DNA of 64,000 nucleotides from Glycera tridactyla (Eukaryota), in contig OZ286475.1 of the NCBI GenBank assembly GCA_965644265.1, positions 71,858,001 to 71,922,000 on the forward strand, in the 5' to 3' direction. The position numbers and the translations under genes were made by a program. Of this stretch, positions 38,330-49,085 are shown one piece after another. The notes beneath the pieces were generated by a model, which worked only from the letters and a program-made list of their open reading frames with translations, made no database searches and was not told where the DNA came from. How positions within the stretch are numbered: the first letter of the stretch is position 1; each line of letters starts with the position of its first letter.

Positions 38330-39436
38330 AGCAAAGACAGTCGACCGCATCTCTCGACCTGCAGGTAGTCAACAGCGAGAGTATATGACAGTTGATGGGG
38401 ACATTGGGAATCCAGCATCAAGTGGATAAAGAGCGTCCCGCTATGACTTCGGTAGCAGACTTTCTTCTTTCTCTTTGGGATTCAGGTATGTCCCTTGAGA
38501 CAGTCAAGGGGTACTGTTCTGCTATCAATTCAGTTTTTATCTTGCTCTGGTATCAAGATTTCTGATTCTTCTGAGATCAATGACATGCTGAAGAACTTCG
38601 CTCTGGAGAGGCCAGTTCTTTATAAGACGATCCCTCAGTGGAATTTACCATTGGTCTTATCATATCTTCGTTCTCATCCTTTTGAGCCAATGGAGGAAAT
38701 TTCTCTACTCAATTTGGCCAAGAAGGCTGTATTTCTAATAGCACTGGCTTCCGGTAGGTGCCGGAGCTAGATTCACGCACTTTCAGGTCTTCCAGATTCT
38801 GTTAGATTCTCATGAGATCTGTCCAAGGTTACACTGATATGTGAACCTGATTTTCTTGCAAAGAATCAGAAACCTGATAAACAGTCTCCTATCATTCAGA
38901 TTCCAGCTTTGAAGAAAACCCATGGGGTATCTCAATCTGATCTCTTCATCTGCCCAGTCAGGGCATTGGAATGTTTTTATAGATGGTCTTCACCCGGTCG
39001 GGGTAACCGCCGCAAGCTATTTTATGATCCTTCTTCATTCTCGAATAAGGATATGCGACTGGATCCTCTTCTCAAGTGGGTACAGAACATTGTCAAGGGG
39101 GCCTACTTGGCATCAGGACTTGATCCAGATTCTATTGGGGATCATGTCTCAGCTTGTGAGCTCGGAGCTTTTGCAGCCTCTTGGCGCATGTTCAACCATT
39201 CATGTTTCTTGGACGAGGTCATGAGATCTGCGTTTTGGCGATCTCGTTCAACCTTTGGAACATTCTACTTGAGGGACATGTGCGGCCAAGCCATGGATCT
39301 TTACTCTTTGGGACCCATTGTGGCTGGCCAAGCAATTGGAGTTCCTCCAGACTATTTTTCAGTTTTTGATTTTCTGAATAGTGTCCTAAGTTGGTTAGTA
39401 CCCACCATCCATGTTTTATGTGGATGCTTAATTTGA
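38330..39436 (+). pseudogene. DIRS tyrosine recombinase, inactivated
   Basis: PQWNLPLVLSYL..PFEP, LASGRCRS*IHAL (premature TAG), FLAKNQ, CPVRAL, AASW, WRSRSTF..FYLRD. Confidence 0.9.
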
Positions 39437-39517
39437 AGGAGAAACACGGTAGTGTATTAACCACACCCAGGTTTATCTTAACCTGGCTGTTAATACCTAC
39501 CTGTTTCTCCTTCAAAT
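39426..39517. other. DIRS internal complementary region (ICR)
   Basis: First half gcttaatttgaaggagaaacacggtagtgtattaacca is exactly complementary to the left terminus (33670-33707); second half cacccaggtttatcttaacctgg... is complementary, with a few mismatches, to the right terminus. Confidence 0.95.
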
Positions 39518-40434
39518 CCAATTTTTCCCTCCCATCCTCCCGGCACTATTGTTGTATATATATACGAATTGCGCATGAGCCGATGCGCGGATGTTTACTT
39601 CCTATAAGGGGGTCCACCTCATAGATAACGGTGCGGATCAGAGGGGGAGTACTTCAGGGAAAAATCCTCACGTATGTTGTGAAGTTCGAGCGTGGGCAGT
39701 TAGCCAAACGCAAATGCCTAATTTAAAGGAGAAACAGGTAGGTATCAACATCCAGGTTAAGATAAACCTGGGTGTGGTTGCGACCAATATGGCTGATAAC
39801 ACATATGATGAAGAGAATGACTTTTCAGATATAAGTATAAGTATAAGTATTCGGAATTATATCCTACATTGATTGATTGATTGATAATTCTTTATTTTGA
39901 TTCGTCTGCGCAATACATACTCATACACATTAGTACATGCAATTATACATATATGGCATTGTCACTTGCCCTCACACAGGAGTGGCGTTCCCGGACTGAC
40001 GAAATAAACATTTATAAATATTCCTATCGTGTTCAATCATCTTTTCTTTATAAAAATGGTTATTCATGTCATGAATGTTAAAATTGGTTAGATGAATAGA
40101 TGTTTGTTAGTATTACCACATGTCATGATTAAGTTTCTATAACACCATAACAATAGATTTTGGGTATAAATATGGGGCATATAAATTCTGTAAAAAGACT
40201 CTCACCAAAGCAGGAGCAATGGAGTGGGTTTTTAAAGTAAGACTTTTTGTAGCATATTATTCCATGGATATAAGATTGATATAATGTATTGTTACCGGGA
40301 GTAGTTGAATTGTTAGAATGTATAGAGTAAATATAGGATCAAATACAATCATAGGTACAAACAATAGTGATTTCTAACTCATCAGATGTAACTGGGTGCA
40401 TTATACATACATGGACAACTCATTATATTTCGAA

Positions 40435-43347
40435 TTAGATATGCAAGAAATCTTTTAATCTTTCTTTAAAATGGGGAGTTTTGCAACTAACAAAATCAGT
40501 ATGCGACGAAACCAACTGATTCCATATCGGTGGTACTCTGTTTCTAAAAGATCCTTCCAATTGCTTACTTCTGGCAGGTCTTACTTCTAAAAATGGCTTG
40601 TTTGTGCTCCTTGTCATGTAGTTATGTTCATTAACATTATATGTACAAAGAGGTTCATACTGTTTATGGACATCATTTTGTAATATTTTATTTGCGTGAA
40701 TCAAAGTGTGATACCGTCTACGATAATCCAGGGCAGGCAGACCCACAAGTTCATGTAATTCAACGGTTCTTGTGCGAAATTTACTTTTTGTGATTATTCT
40801 TAAAGCCTTATTTTGTACCTTCTGTAATTTTGATGCATCCGCCAACCCTAAATTATCGTAGACAATATCACAGTAGTCAAAAACAGGCAGGATCAGGGCA
40901 TTGTACAGCATTAATGTTAGATCTCTACTGAGTATACCCCTCAGCCTACCTAGTACCCCGACCCTGCCTATTGTTTTTTCTTTCACATAATCTGAATGTG
41001 GGCCAAAACTCAGTGATTCATCTAGGATGACTCCGAGATATTTGGAGGTTTGTACTATCTCAATCGTTTGTCCTTTGAAAGAAATGTCAAACTTGAAATT
41101 TTTCAATTGGTGGCGTGTGCCAAAGAGCATGATCTTTGTTTTTTTCAAATTGAGACTCAATTTATTCATTTCAAGCCATTTGCTCACGAACATTAGTGCA
41201 TTTTCAAGCTTATGTTTCATGTCAATTGGTGACTTACTGTCTAGCAAAATCGCAGTGTCATCCGCATACAGGTTCATACTGGGCCCCCCTGATATATTAC
41301 TAATATCATTGACATATATGGTGAACAGTAGGGGACCCAGTATAGAACCTTGTGGTACTCCACAATTAATTATTCTTTCAGATGATAGTACTCCATTCAC
41401 TCTGACCTGACAACTCCTATTCGTCAAATAACTTCTCAACCACTCAACGCATATGTCATCTGCACCGTACCTTGCCATTTTGCTCAGGAGTATCCCATGG
41501 TCCACCGTGTCGAAAGCCTTCTTTAGGTCCAGGAAGAGCACTCCACTGGTATTACACCTTTCTAAATTTAAATATATCTTATCTAAAAATTCAAGTAAAC
41601 ATGTACCAGTGGAGCAGCCCTCCCTGAACCCAGACTGCTCCCGACACAGAAGACCATGGGCCTCAAAGTATGTGGAAACCTGTTTGTGTATTATCTTTTC
41701 GAGTAACTTACTAATTGTGCTCAAGAGACTGATTGGTCTGTAATTTGATTCAATTGTTCTTTTACCCTCTTTGAACAGCGGAATGATTGTTGCACCCTTC
41801 CATGCAGTTGGAAATTTACCCGTGATGATGCTGTTATTGAATATGTGACAAATCATTGGTGACAACTCATCGGTACAGTTTTTAATCACTCTAGCTGGCA
41901 ACCCATCATCCCTCCCCGATTTTGATGGCGATAACTGGCAAATGGCTTGCTTAACTGTTTCTAAATTTGTTTTTTCCAGGGATAATTTATTTCGTATGTC
42001 ATATTTGAAATTTTGTAAAGGATCATTACCACTGAAGGGAATGCTTGTACTTAGTCTTAGTCCTACCATGCTGAAAAATTTATTAAGGATATCTGCAATT
42101 TCATCCTTATCAGAGATATCTCCTATTTTCATGATATCAGTTGAATCCTTATTTTTACCCCAAAATGAGTTTATTGTCTCCCAAAGTTTTTTGGTATTAC
42201 TTTTATTTTCTATAAATGCTGATTCAATAAAGTCTCGTTGCAATTTCTTTTTGAGAGCTTTGCACTCCTGTTCAATTTCCTTTTTCAGATCATGATTCTC
42301 CTTGGTATTATTTTGTTTGAAGTTGCTACTTGCCCTCTGGCGTAGGACAACTAGGTCTAAGTATTCCCCAGTCAGCCACTTGGGCCAATTTTCAGTAACA
42401 CGATGGCGTTTATTTGGGATAAATTTATCCAAGATTTCATTTATATATCTATGGAAGATTTCGACACTCTTGTCAACATCATAAGTGGTAAAAAATTCAG
42501 ACCAATCTCTATTTTGTATAGCTTTTGCAATTAATTCATAGTTTACTTTTTTATAATCTTTAAAATACACAAACACTGACTTCCTAGACACATGAGGTTT
42601 TTTCCTGGCAATGGCTATCATACAATGATCTGATAATCCAGTTGGCAGAGCACCATGCTGCAAATACATCTCAGGGCAGTTTACAACAGCATGATCAATG
42701 ATGGACTTGGAATTCAAAGTAACCCTGGTGTAGGAGGTGATAATTTGACTAAGATTTAAAGTTTTTAACTTTTTTGAATATGGCTTGATCTGTCCTTGGT
42801 TTCCCATATCCAGATTCACATCCCCTATAATAATTGTATCTGAAGGTCGGTCAAGCCCTAAGTCAATGATGCTATTCTCTAACCAGTCTATGTATACACC
42901 AGGACTACCTTGAGGAGGTCTATAGACCCCTGCAATGAAAATTGGTCTTGTATCTGGTAGACATAATTTAACCCAAACTGATTCTATATCAGGGCAACAT
43001 ATTACTTTATCTTCGAGGAGGTTTACTACCCTATTTGATTTAACAAAGATTAGAATTCCTCCACCTGTTCTTTTACCACTCTCTGCCGTCCTGTCAGATC
43101 TTATCATATAGTACCCTGGTATGGATAATGCTTGGTTTTCAATTTTTGCTGTCAGAAACGTTTCTGCCAGTATTAATACATCAATATTTCCCTGGTAAAG
43201 CATCAATTGAATATCACTTATTTTATTACTTATTCCCCGTACATTCAGATATGCTATTTTCAATCCCTTCAATTTTTTAATGTCCCCAATTTCCTCAAAA
43301 TTGGATGATATTGTATTACGATTCACACAATCCTTGCCATAGGCCAT
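40435..43347 (-). CDS. LINE ORF2: APE endonuclease plus reverse transcriptase, intact, 970 aa
   Basis: True ATG at 43347. APE motifs YLNVRG, LAETFL, GVYRPP, GDVNLD, IDH, SDH; RT motifs NYRPISLL, QSGFR, LDLKKAFDTV, GVPQGSILGPLLF, YADDT, YLGV; no C-terminal CCHC knuckle. Confidence 0.98.
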   Translation of the reverse strand: MAYGKDCVNRNTISSNFEEIGDIKKLKGLKIAYLNVRGISNKISDIQLMLYQGNIDVLILAETFLTAKIENQALSIPGYYMIRSDRTAESGKRTGGGILIFVKSNRVVNLLEDKVICCPDIESVWVKLCLPDTRPIFIAGVYRPPQGSPGVYIDWLENSIIDLGLDRPSDTIIIGDVNLDMGNQGQIKPYSKKLKTLNLSQIITSYTRVTLNSKSIIDHAVVNCPEMYLQHGALPTGLSDHCMIAIARKKPHVSRKSVFVYFKDYKKVNYELIAKAIQNRDWSEFFTTYDVDKSVEIFHRYINEILDKFIPNKRHRVTENWPKWLTGEYLDLVVLRQRASSNFKQNNTKENHDLKKEIEQECKALKKKLQRDFIESAFIENKSNTKKLWETINSFWGKNKDSTDIMKIGDISDKDEIADILNKFFSMVGLRLSTSIPFSGNDPLQNFKYDIRNKLSLEKTNLETVKQAICQLSPSKSGRDDGLPARVIKNCTDELSPMICHIFNNSIITGKFPTAWKGATIIPLFKEGKRTIESNYRPISLLSTISKLLEKIIHKQVSTYFEAHGLLCREQSGFREGCSTGTCLLEFLDKIYLNLERCNTSGVLFLDLKKAFDTVDHGILLSKMARYGADDICVEWLRSYLTNRSCQVRVNGVLSSERIINCGVPQGSILGPLLFTIYVNDISNISGGPSMNLYADDTAILLDSKSPIDMKHKLENALMFVSKWLEMNKLSLNLKKTKIMLFGTRHQLKNFKFDISFKGQTIEIVQTSKYLGVILDESLSFGPHSDYVKEKTIGRVGVLGRLRGILSRDLTLMLYNALILPVFDYCDIVYDNLGLADASKLQKVQNKALRIITKSKFRTRTVELHELVGLPALDYRRRYHTLIHANKILQNDVHKQYEPLCTYNVNEHNYMTRSTNKPFLEVRPARSKQLEGSFRNRVPPIWNQLVSSHTDFVSCKTPHFKERLKDFLHI

Positions 43348-45447
43348 GTCTTGTTAGTAAAAACACGATGATTGAACCCAAACAGCAAATTAGTAAATCA
43401 AGTTGGCGGAAGTTGAAAATGAAAATGTGTAATCCTAAATAATATTGTTACGTAAAATGAAAAATATTTAATATTTGATCTGACAGGATCATAGAAAAAC
43501 CTGCGGACACCTCCCAAATTGTTATTTACTCGGCTATGTGGGACCTAAAAATTGACCAACAAAAGTAGAAATAAACATGAAAACATGAAAACACGGGTAG
43601 GACTACACTATCAATCAATGGGAATGCCCCACCAATTTCTTCTCGATAAATCACGCAATGAATTTAGCTTACATCCCAACATGTAAATGAAACTCGTCTA
43701 TACAATCATGATCATTGGTTTGTCATGTAACTACATCTATTTATCCTTACATTTAAATTACACATTGAAGAGCAAATGTCACATATTAATCTCTGACAAA
43801 ACATAACCGTATCTTTCAACTCGTTGATTTACAATTTCCGGCAAGTGCCATGAGTTCACAAGAAAAACCAGTCATAATTAGGACTCGGACAATTTACAGG
43901 ACTCCTCTTAAAACGAGGACTAAGGGCTTTCACCTTTGCTGAGGCAATCCAGGCAAAAACATGTCATAAAAGAAGAAGTAAACCCCAAATAAAATCCCGC
44001 TAGACATATGTTACATATCAATCACGATGCGTCTTAGTAGATTTTCGGCAAGAGACAGGCCATAGGCCTATTTGGAAGTCAACCGCTCACATACTAACTT
44101 TAATACTTGGCGAAAATGACTACCCAAAAGAGAAGCAAGCACAAAATCTGTCTCCACAGTAGACCAGAGAACACTTTCCAGAGCACTGCATTGACAGTTT
44201 GTCGTGCTTATGTCAAATTTTATCAGAGAAACGAAAAAAGGAATGGGTCTAAATTATCAGTGCAACTACTGGTTTCTTACACATCTCATGTATGCTCAGT
44301 ACCATGGACAAAATTGTATACCTGGGTTAACATCTTCTATCAAAGGTCGAGAAATAACAGTAAGATTATCTTGGTCATCCCACGAACAAGATACCGATAC
44401 ATAGTTGGCAATGTACAATCTCCAATGACGATTGTATAAGTTCCCGTAGCTTATTACATACACGTTACGTTGTGGGCCTTGATCCATCTCAGCGATTACC
44501 TCAGACAGCAGTAGACCAGCGCGCATTGTCCAGAGCACTACCGTCTGTGGTTTATCAAAGATTTAAGTCAAGACGAAATAATTACAAAGATTTCCTATAG
44601 CATCTCAAAGTAAAAGATCAGCAAACTTTCGTTTTGCTTTTATGTAAAGTAAAGTTTCTTTGGCGTACACACCACAGCAGGAACAATATGAACTCAGAGA
44701 TTACAGGATCTCCGAATTTTGTCAAGTAGATCATCAGCATAATTTCCCTTAGTATCTCATCAGAAAAAGCAACAACCTCTCACCTGACCTGTCACAGTCA
44801 CTCAGGTAGTAAAGACGGTACAATCTCAAGGACCACCTCAGCAAGCAGTAGACCAGAGCACCACGAACTGGGGTAAGATCTTTATTTAGATTTGTAGTTA
44901 AGAGACATTGTTAGTCATTTATCCTGATTTCCATGCATCAGAAGACCAGAGCACTATGTCCAGAGCACTGAATTCACGGTATCCAGAATATAGTATAATT
45001 TTGTTTTTGTTTTTCTTTGAAAAACTTTGACGGTTGGTGCATACCTTATTGACATGGAAAAATTCAAGTCAGGAAACCACATTAGAAAAACAAATTCATT
45101 GACATTATATTTCTTAATAATATTTTTATACCCGTTGATGTGGTGACTATTCAATCATTATGGGAACTCACAAAAAGGGTTCCTCAAAGAAGACAATGGT
45201 AGCTTTGTCAGATATAATTGCCAGTCCATATTGAGAACTCGGAGGCCCGATGTACTAATTCAGATCTCTCCATTCTCTCTATGGACGAAAACACAATGCA
45301 AACTTTCTTTCCACTATAATTATTACGAATAGTTACCACATCAATCCATTTTTATCCGATAGAACTATATCTCACTGGCGAGGACCATGAATTTTCTATT
45401 TGAGACTGTATTACTCTTTCATGCAACACTGATCAAGACTGTCGATT

Positions 45448-46407
45448 CTAGTCATCCGTCGAATTCAAAGAGTACCAATCATCAAGGACTGGGCCAGTTA
45501 CAGACATGCAAATAGCCAGGTGCCCATACTTGTTCAAGTGTATTCTATCAAAATCAACCATTCCATACAAAATATCACCATGTTTGCATGTCTTCTTCTT
45601 TGTTCTTGCTTTTTTCTCAAACCTTGGTCTCTCTTTCGGCGTCAGATGTCGTTTGACGAAAAGTAAGCCAGTGTGTATGAAGTGCATGGTATGTAGTGCA
45701 TGTTTCCTAAGGTACGTATCTATCCATACAGCCAAGGCACGTGTTTCGTCATCCCAGCCCGGACGCCAGATGATTGGAATATTCATGAAGTGGCTCATTG
45801 GGAAATACCATTTCAGGAAGGACATGGTTTCATCAATCATAGTAGTAATATCATGGTAAGCAATTTTACGTTGTTCAGTAATCTGTCGAACCATGATTCT
45901 AGGGTCCCTATTCTTATAACGGATACTACATGTTTTCCTGTGCAGCAGTCCAACGTCATTTGATCCTAGTACCAGCACTATGTAGTTTGGGGCGTATTTG
46001 TCGTCTATGATTTTCTGCAGTGAGTTACCATATAACCTTTGCTTTTTGAGTCCCGCTGGAGTGTTGCTGAACATTCCTTGGAATTCCTGGATAAAGTTCT
46101 TCCAGCTTCCTCCACTGATACCCACATACCGCCAAGTATTAACAAAGTTCCATAATGGTAGGCTAGAAGTCATCTCCTTCTTTACAAATCTTCCTATCCG
46201 CCAGACATGACTACTCCCCAGCAACATTACCTCTGGTGTATCATAGAGATCAACAAGGTCCCTGCGCCTTGTGATAGGGCATGTACCACTGTTTAAAATT
46301 ACCCTGTTCTCCGCTATTGTGTCTGCCAGTCTTGGTATGGTCTGCAAACATAAGATTTCATTAATCAAATTGTGTATAGAAAAATTCAAGAAGGTCAACA
46401 TCATCAT
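45448..46407 (-). CDS. Free-standing SGNH/GDSL hydrolase (esterase), 319 aa
   Basis: True ATG start. Block I LLGSSH, block II GISGG, block III VLGSNDV and block V DRIHLNKYG occur in the correct order and spacing. Confidence 0.85.
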   Translation of the reverse strand: MMMLTFLNFSIHNLINEILCLQTIPRLADTIAENRVILNSGTCPITRRRDLVDLYDTPEVMLLGSSHVWRIGRFVKKEMTSSLPLWNFVNTWRYVGISGGSWKNFIQEFQGMFSNTPAGLKKQRLYGNSLQKIIDDKYAPNYIVLVLGSNDVGLLHRKTCSIRYKNRDPRIMVRQITEQRKIAYHDITTMIDETMSFLKWYFPMSHFMNIPIIWRPGWDDETRALAVWIDTYLRKHALHTMHFIHTGLLFVKRHLTPKERPRFEKKARTKKKTCKHGDILYGMVDFDRIHLNKYGHLAICMSVTGPVLDDWYSLNSTDD

Positions 46408-47088
46408 GACACAACCAAAATTTTGATACTTATTTGGTCAATGTCTGCATAAAAAAATTTCTTTCTCATAGAAGATTTTCGCTGTGTGCTCATTGTCGCC
46501 AGATTTAAACTTTGTGTTTCAGAATATTTTAAATAATCTGTAGATGGACAATTAAACCTACGAGAAATTATAAGTGTGAAATTGACCATTTAACACTTAC
46601 GTTTATATATCATGTAATATCACAGAATTTGGACTATTTGTAATTAGACTAGATTTCATCATGTGCCAGATGTTTTGCCTATCACCCAACATGAATGCTC
46701 ATTTGTCACAGGACATAAACTATGTGTTTCAGAATATTTCAAATATACTCTAAAAAGGCATTAAACCTACAAGAAATTATGAATGTAAGAGTCTCCATTT
46801 CAAAATACGTTTCTAACTCATAAGTATCCCAAATTTAGGAAATTTTCGTATTCAGGCTAAATTTCGCCATGTACCAGTTGTCTTGCGTGTCACATAATAC
46901 CCGATTCATAGCTTATCAGCTAAAGTTCAAAATGCGCGTTTCTAACTAATTGGTTCTGTGACACATACCTCGTTTCGATACCCTGCCAGGTAGTCATCTT
47001 CGCGCCTTTTTGTTATCAAATTCGCTTGAGCAGTCATTTTACCAGCCGTCGGTCATGTTCAGTTACAAATGGCGACGGTGATGTTCGA

Positions 47089-48735
47089 TTACCGTGAACC
47101 TCCTCGCGCGGATTTGCCTCTACCGTAACCGCGTTTGGGCATGTTCGATTTACCTCCCCTACTAAGTGAAATCGATTTTTGTGTTCCGCCAAGTGGTGGG
47201 AAATCTAAGAGTCTAGCATCATCTTTCTTGGGAGGTTTACTTTCAGCTAGGGATTTTTCTTTTACAGTCATGGCTTTCCGAATATCTTGTAGTTTCATTT
47301 GTATATTTTTAGTTTTATCACTTTGTGCTGTCTGAATGTGTGAGCCACTAACAGTGGGCACTCTATGACCTTTACCAGATAGTTTTGTATGCTGTTCATT
47401 ATCCTTTTCAACAAGCGTCATGTCTGGCGTGGATATAATTGATGAATTCACATCCTCATCATCTCCACCTGACTGGCCCTCCATTCCCACTGCACCCTTA
47501 TTATTTCTTTCCAATTTCTGTAATGTGTCCTGTAACGATTTCATGTCATGTATCATTAATTTGGGTTTGTCCCGCCCTTGTGAGACATATACCCGTCCGT
47601 CCAGTGTCCACGCATTCTCAACCTTTCCATCTTTTTTTGCCTCTCTAGCCACTTGAAACAGCTTCCCCTCCCATGGCGTTAAATGTTCCCTGAAATAAAA
47701 ATTTGTCCCTCTGAATTTGCTCTTCTGTCGCAGTATTTGTCGTCTATGGTCGGGATTACAAAAACGTATTTTAACTGCTCTGGGTTTTTCCTCGAAAGGG
47801 GGACCAAAACGTATTGCCTGGCAAATATCACCAGGTTTAAGTCTTATATCAGTTTTCGACTTAATGAGATCAATGACTTGCTCATGTAATGTTTTCTCTT
47901 TGCTGATGGGAAGTCCTTCTAGTACAACCACACCAAGTCTTTCGATCTCCTGAAGCGCATCGACATTCATCTCTCCTCTATCAATTCTATAGTGATCTTC
48001 CTCCACAACTTCTGATAGTTGCCCAACGGTGGTTTTCAGCTCTTCTAATTCTTGCTTGAAATCGCTTGACATTGCACCATCACAATCAGGGGTCACCTTG
48101 ATGTCCTTTAGTTGTTCGATCTCAGCTGCTACACTTAATGTCATATCTTCAAGCTGGTCCTCAATAGTCTTGATCGATTTTTGATGTTCCTTCACCACTG
48201 CTACTAATTTCTGATGTTCTATGAGGACTTCTTTTTTACATCTATCTGTTGATCCTTTAATAGACTCTTCAACATATTCATGCGCCTCGATTTTATTTTT
48301 GCGATCGTACTCCTCGAAATAACCACGGATATTTTCGTCCATGAACTGTTTAGCAAACTTTCTCATCTGTGTGGCGGCAATACTCTCTAGTTCAGTCCGA
48401 TCTGCCCCGGTGGGGAGTATTCTCCCGTCTATTGCAACGTTGACTTTCTCTTCAATGAGTTTGTTTAGCGCGGTTGTATGTGGCGGTGTAATCATTTGTA
48501 TTTCTGGATTTAATAATCCTTGATTCCCATTATTGCCCAACTTCATTTTCTGCTCACGTAATCCATTATCGTCTACTGATTTATGAGAGAAAGATTTATG
48601 GATGGTTACACTGGTATTTTGAGGTTGGCAGTCCTTTTTAACTTCTACTGAATCTGAGTGTACAATAGGTACAGACAACTGTGACCTCTTCAATGCATGG
48701 ATGTCAGTTTCATTCAGTTCACCAGTTTCACTCAG
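47089..48735 (-). CDS. LINE ORF1 main body (coiled coil plus L1/Tnp22-type RRM and CTD)
   Basis: Heptad-like region followed by VVLEGLP...RFG...KPRAVKIRF...FYFREHLT...AWTLDGRVYV, typical of CR1/L2 ORF1p. Frame is open from 48735; the track start at 48693 is TTG; first ATG at 48546. Confidence 0.9.
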   Translation of the reverse strand: MSETGELNETDIHALKRSQLSVPIVHSDSVEVKKDCQPQNTSVTIHKSFSHKSVDDNGLREQKMKLGNNGNQGLLNPEIQMITPPHTTALNKLIEEKVNVAIDGRILPTGADRTELESIAATQMRKFAKQFMDENIRGYFEEYDRKNKIEAHEYVEESIKGSTDRCKKEVLIEHQKLVAVVKEHQKSIKTIEDQLEDMTLSVAAEIEQLKDIKVTPDCDGAMSSDFKQELEELKTTVGQLSEVVEEDHYRIDRGEMNVDALQEIERLGVVVLEGLPISKEKTLHEQVIDLIKSKTDIRLKPGDICQAIRFGPPFEEKPRAVKIRFCNPDHRRQILRQKSKFRGTNFYFREHLTPWEGKLFQVAREAKKDGKVENAWTLDGRVYVSQGRDKPKLMIHDMKSLQDTLQKLERNNKGAVGMEGQSGGDDEDVNSSIISTPDMTLVEKDNEQHTKLSGKGHRVPTVSGSHIQTAQSDKTKNIQMKLQDIRKAMTVKEKSLAESKPPKKDDARLLDFPPLGGTQKSISLSRGGKSNMPKRGYGRGKSARGGSR

Positions 48736-49085
48736 TCACCACCCGCTAAGGCAACTGCATGCTCTGTGCTCGGTGATCCGTGACTTGTTTCACCCCCGGC
48801 ACACTCATCGTCACTGTCAACAGTAAGAGAACCAAAATGGCTGGACGTAAGCGTACTATCTTTTAAAGACCTATCTGAGTCGTAGGATTTCTGAGTCGAT
48901 GTTAAATGCACTTCTAGATCCTCAATTGGATTCAAACTGTCACTATTCTGACTCATAAGTAAGGCCTCTGTCAACGGTGAGTTCGCCTTACTACGTTTGT
49001 CATCCTGCTCCATATCGTTTTTTTCGGGAGTTAGATCATCAAATTTCTTCTTACGTCTCGAGACTTGACTTGTTGGTGTCTCCAT
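48732..49085 (-). CDS. Probable N-terminal part of LINE ORF1 (117 aa), out of frame with the main body
   Basis: ATG at 49085 (METPTSQVSRRKKK..., Ser/acidic, basic cluster); its last codons overlap the start of the ORF1 open frame. The track start at 49124 is TTG. Confidence 0.6.
   Translation of the reverse strand: METPTSQVSRRKKKFDDLTPEKNDMEQDDKRSKANSPLTEALLMSQNSDSLNPIEDLEVHLTSTQKSYDSDRSLKDSTLTSSHFGSLTVDSDDECAGGETSHGSPSTEHAVALAGGD

Larger units (their letters stand above)
33670..39779 (+). mobile_element. DIRS1-type tyrosine-recombinase retrotransposon, structurally complete, coding-defective
   Basis: Inverted terminal repeats (~33677-33860 and ~39563-39745), internal complementary region 39426-39517, both ends share TGGTT, and gag-, RT/RH- and YR-like sequences occur in the expected order. 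Confidence 0.95.
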
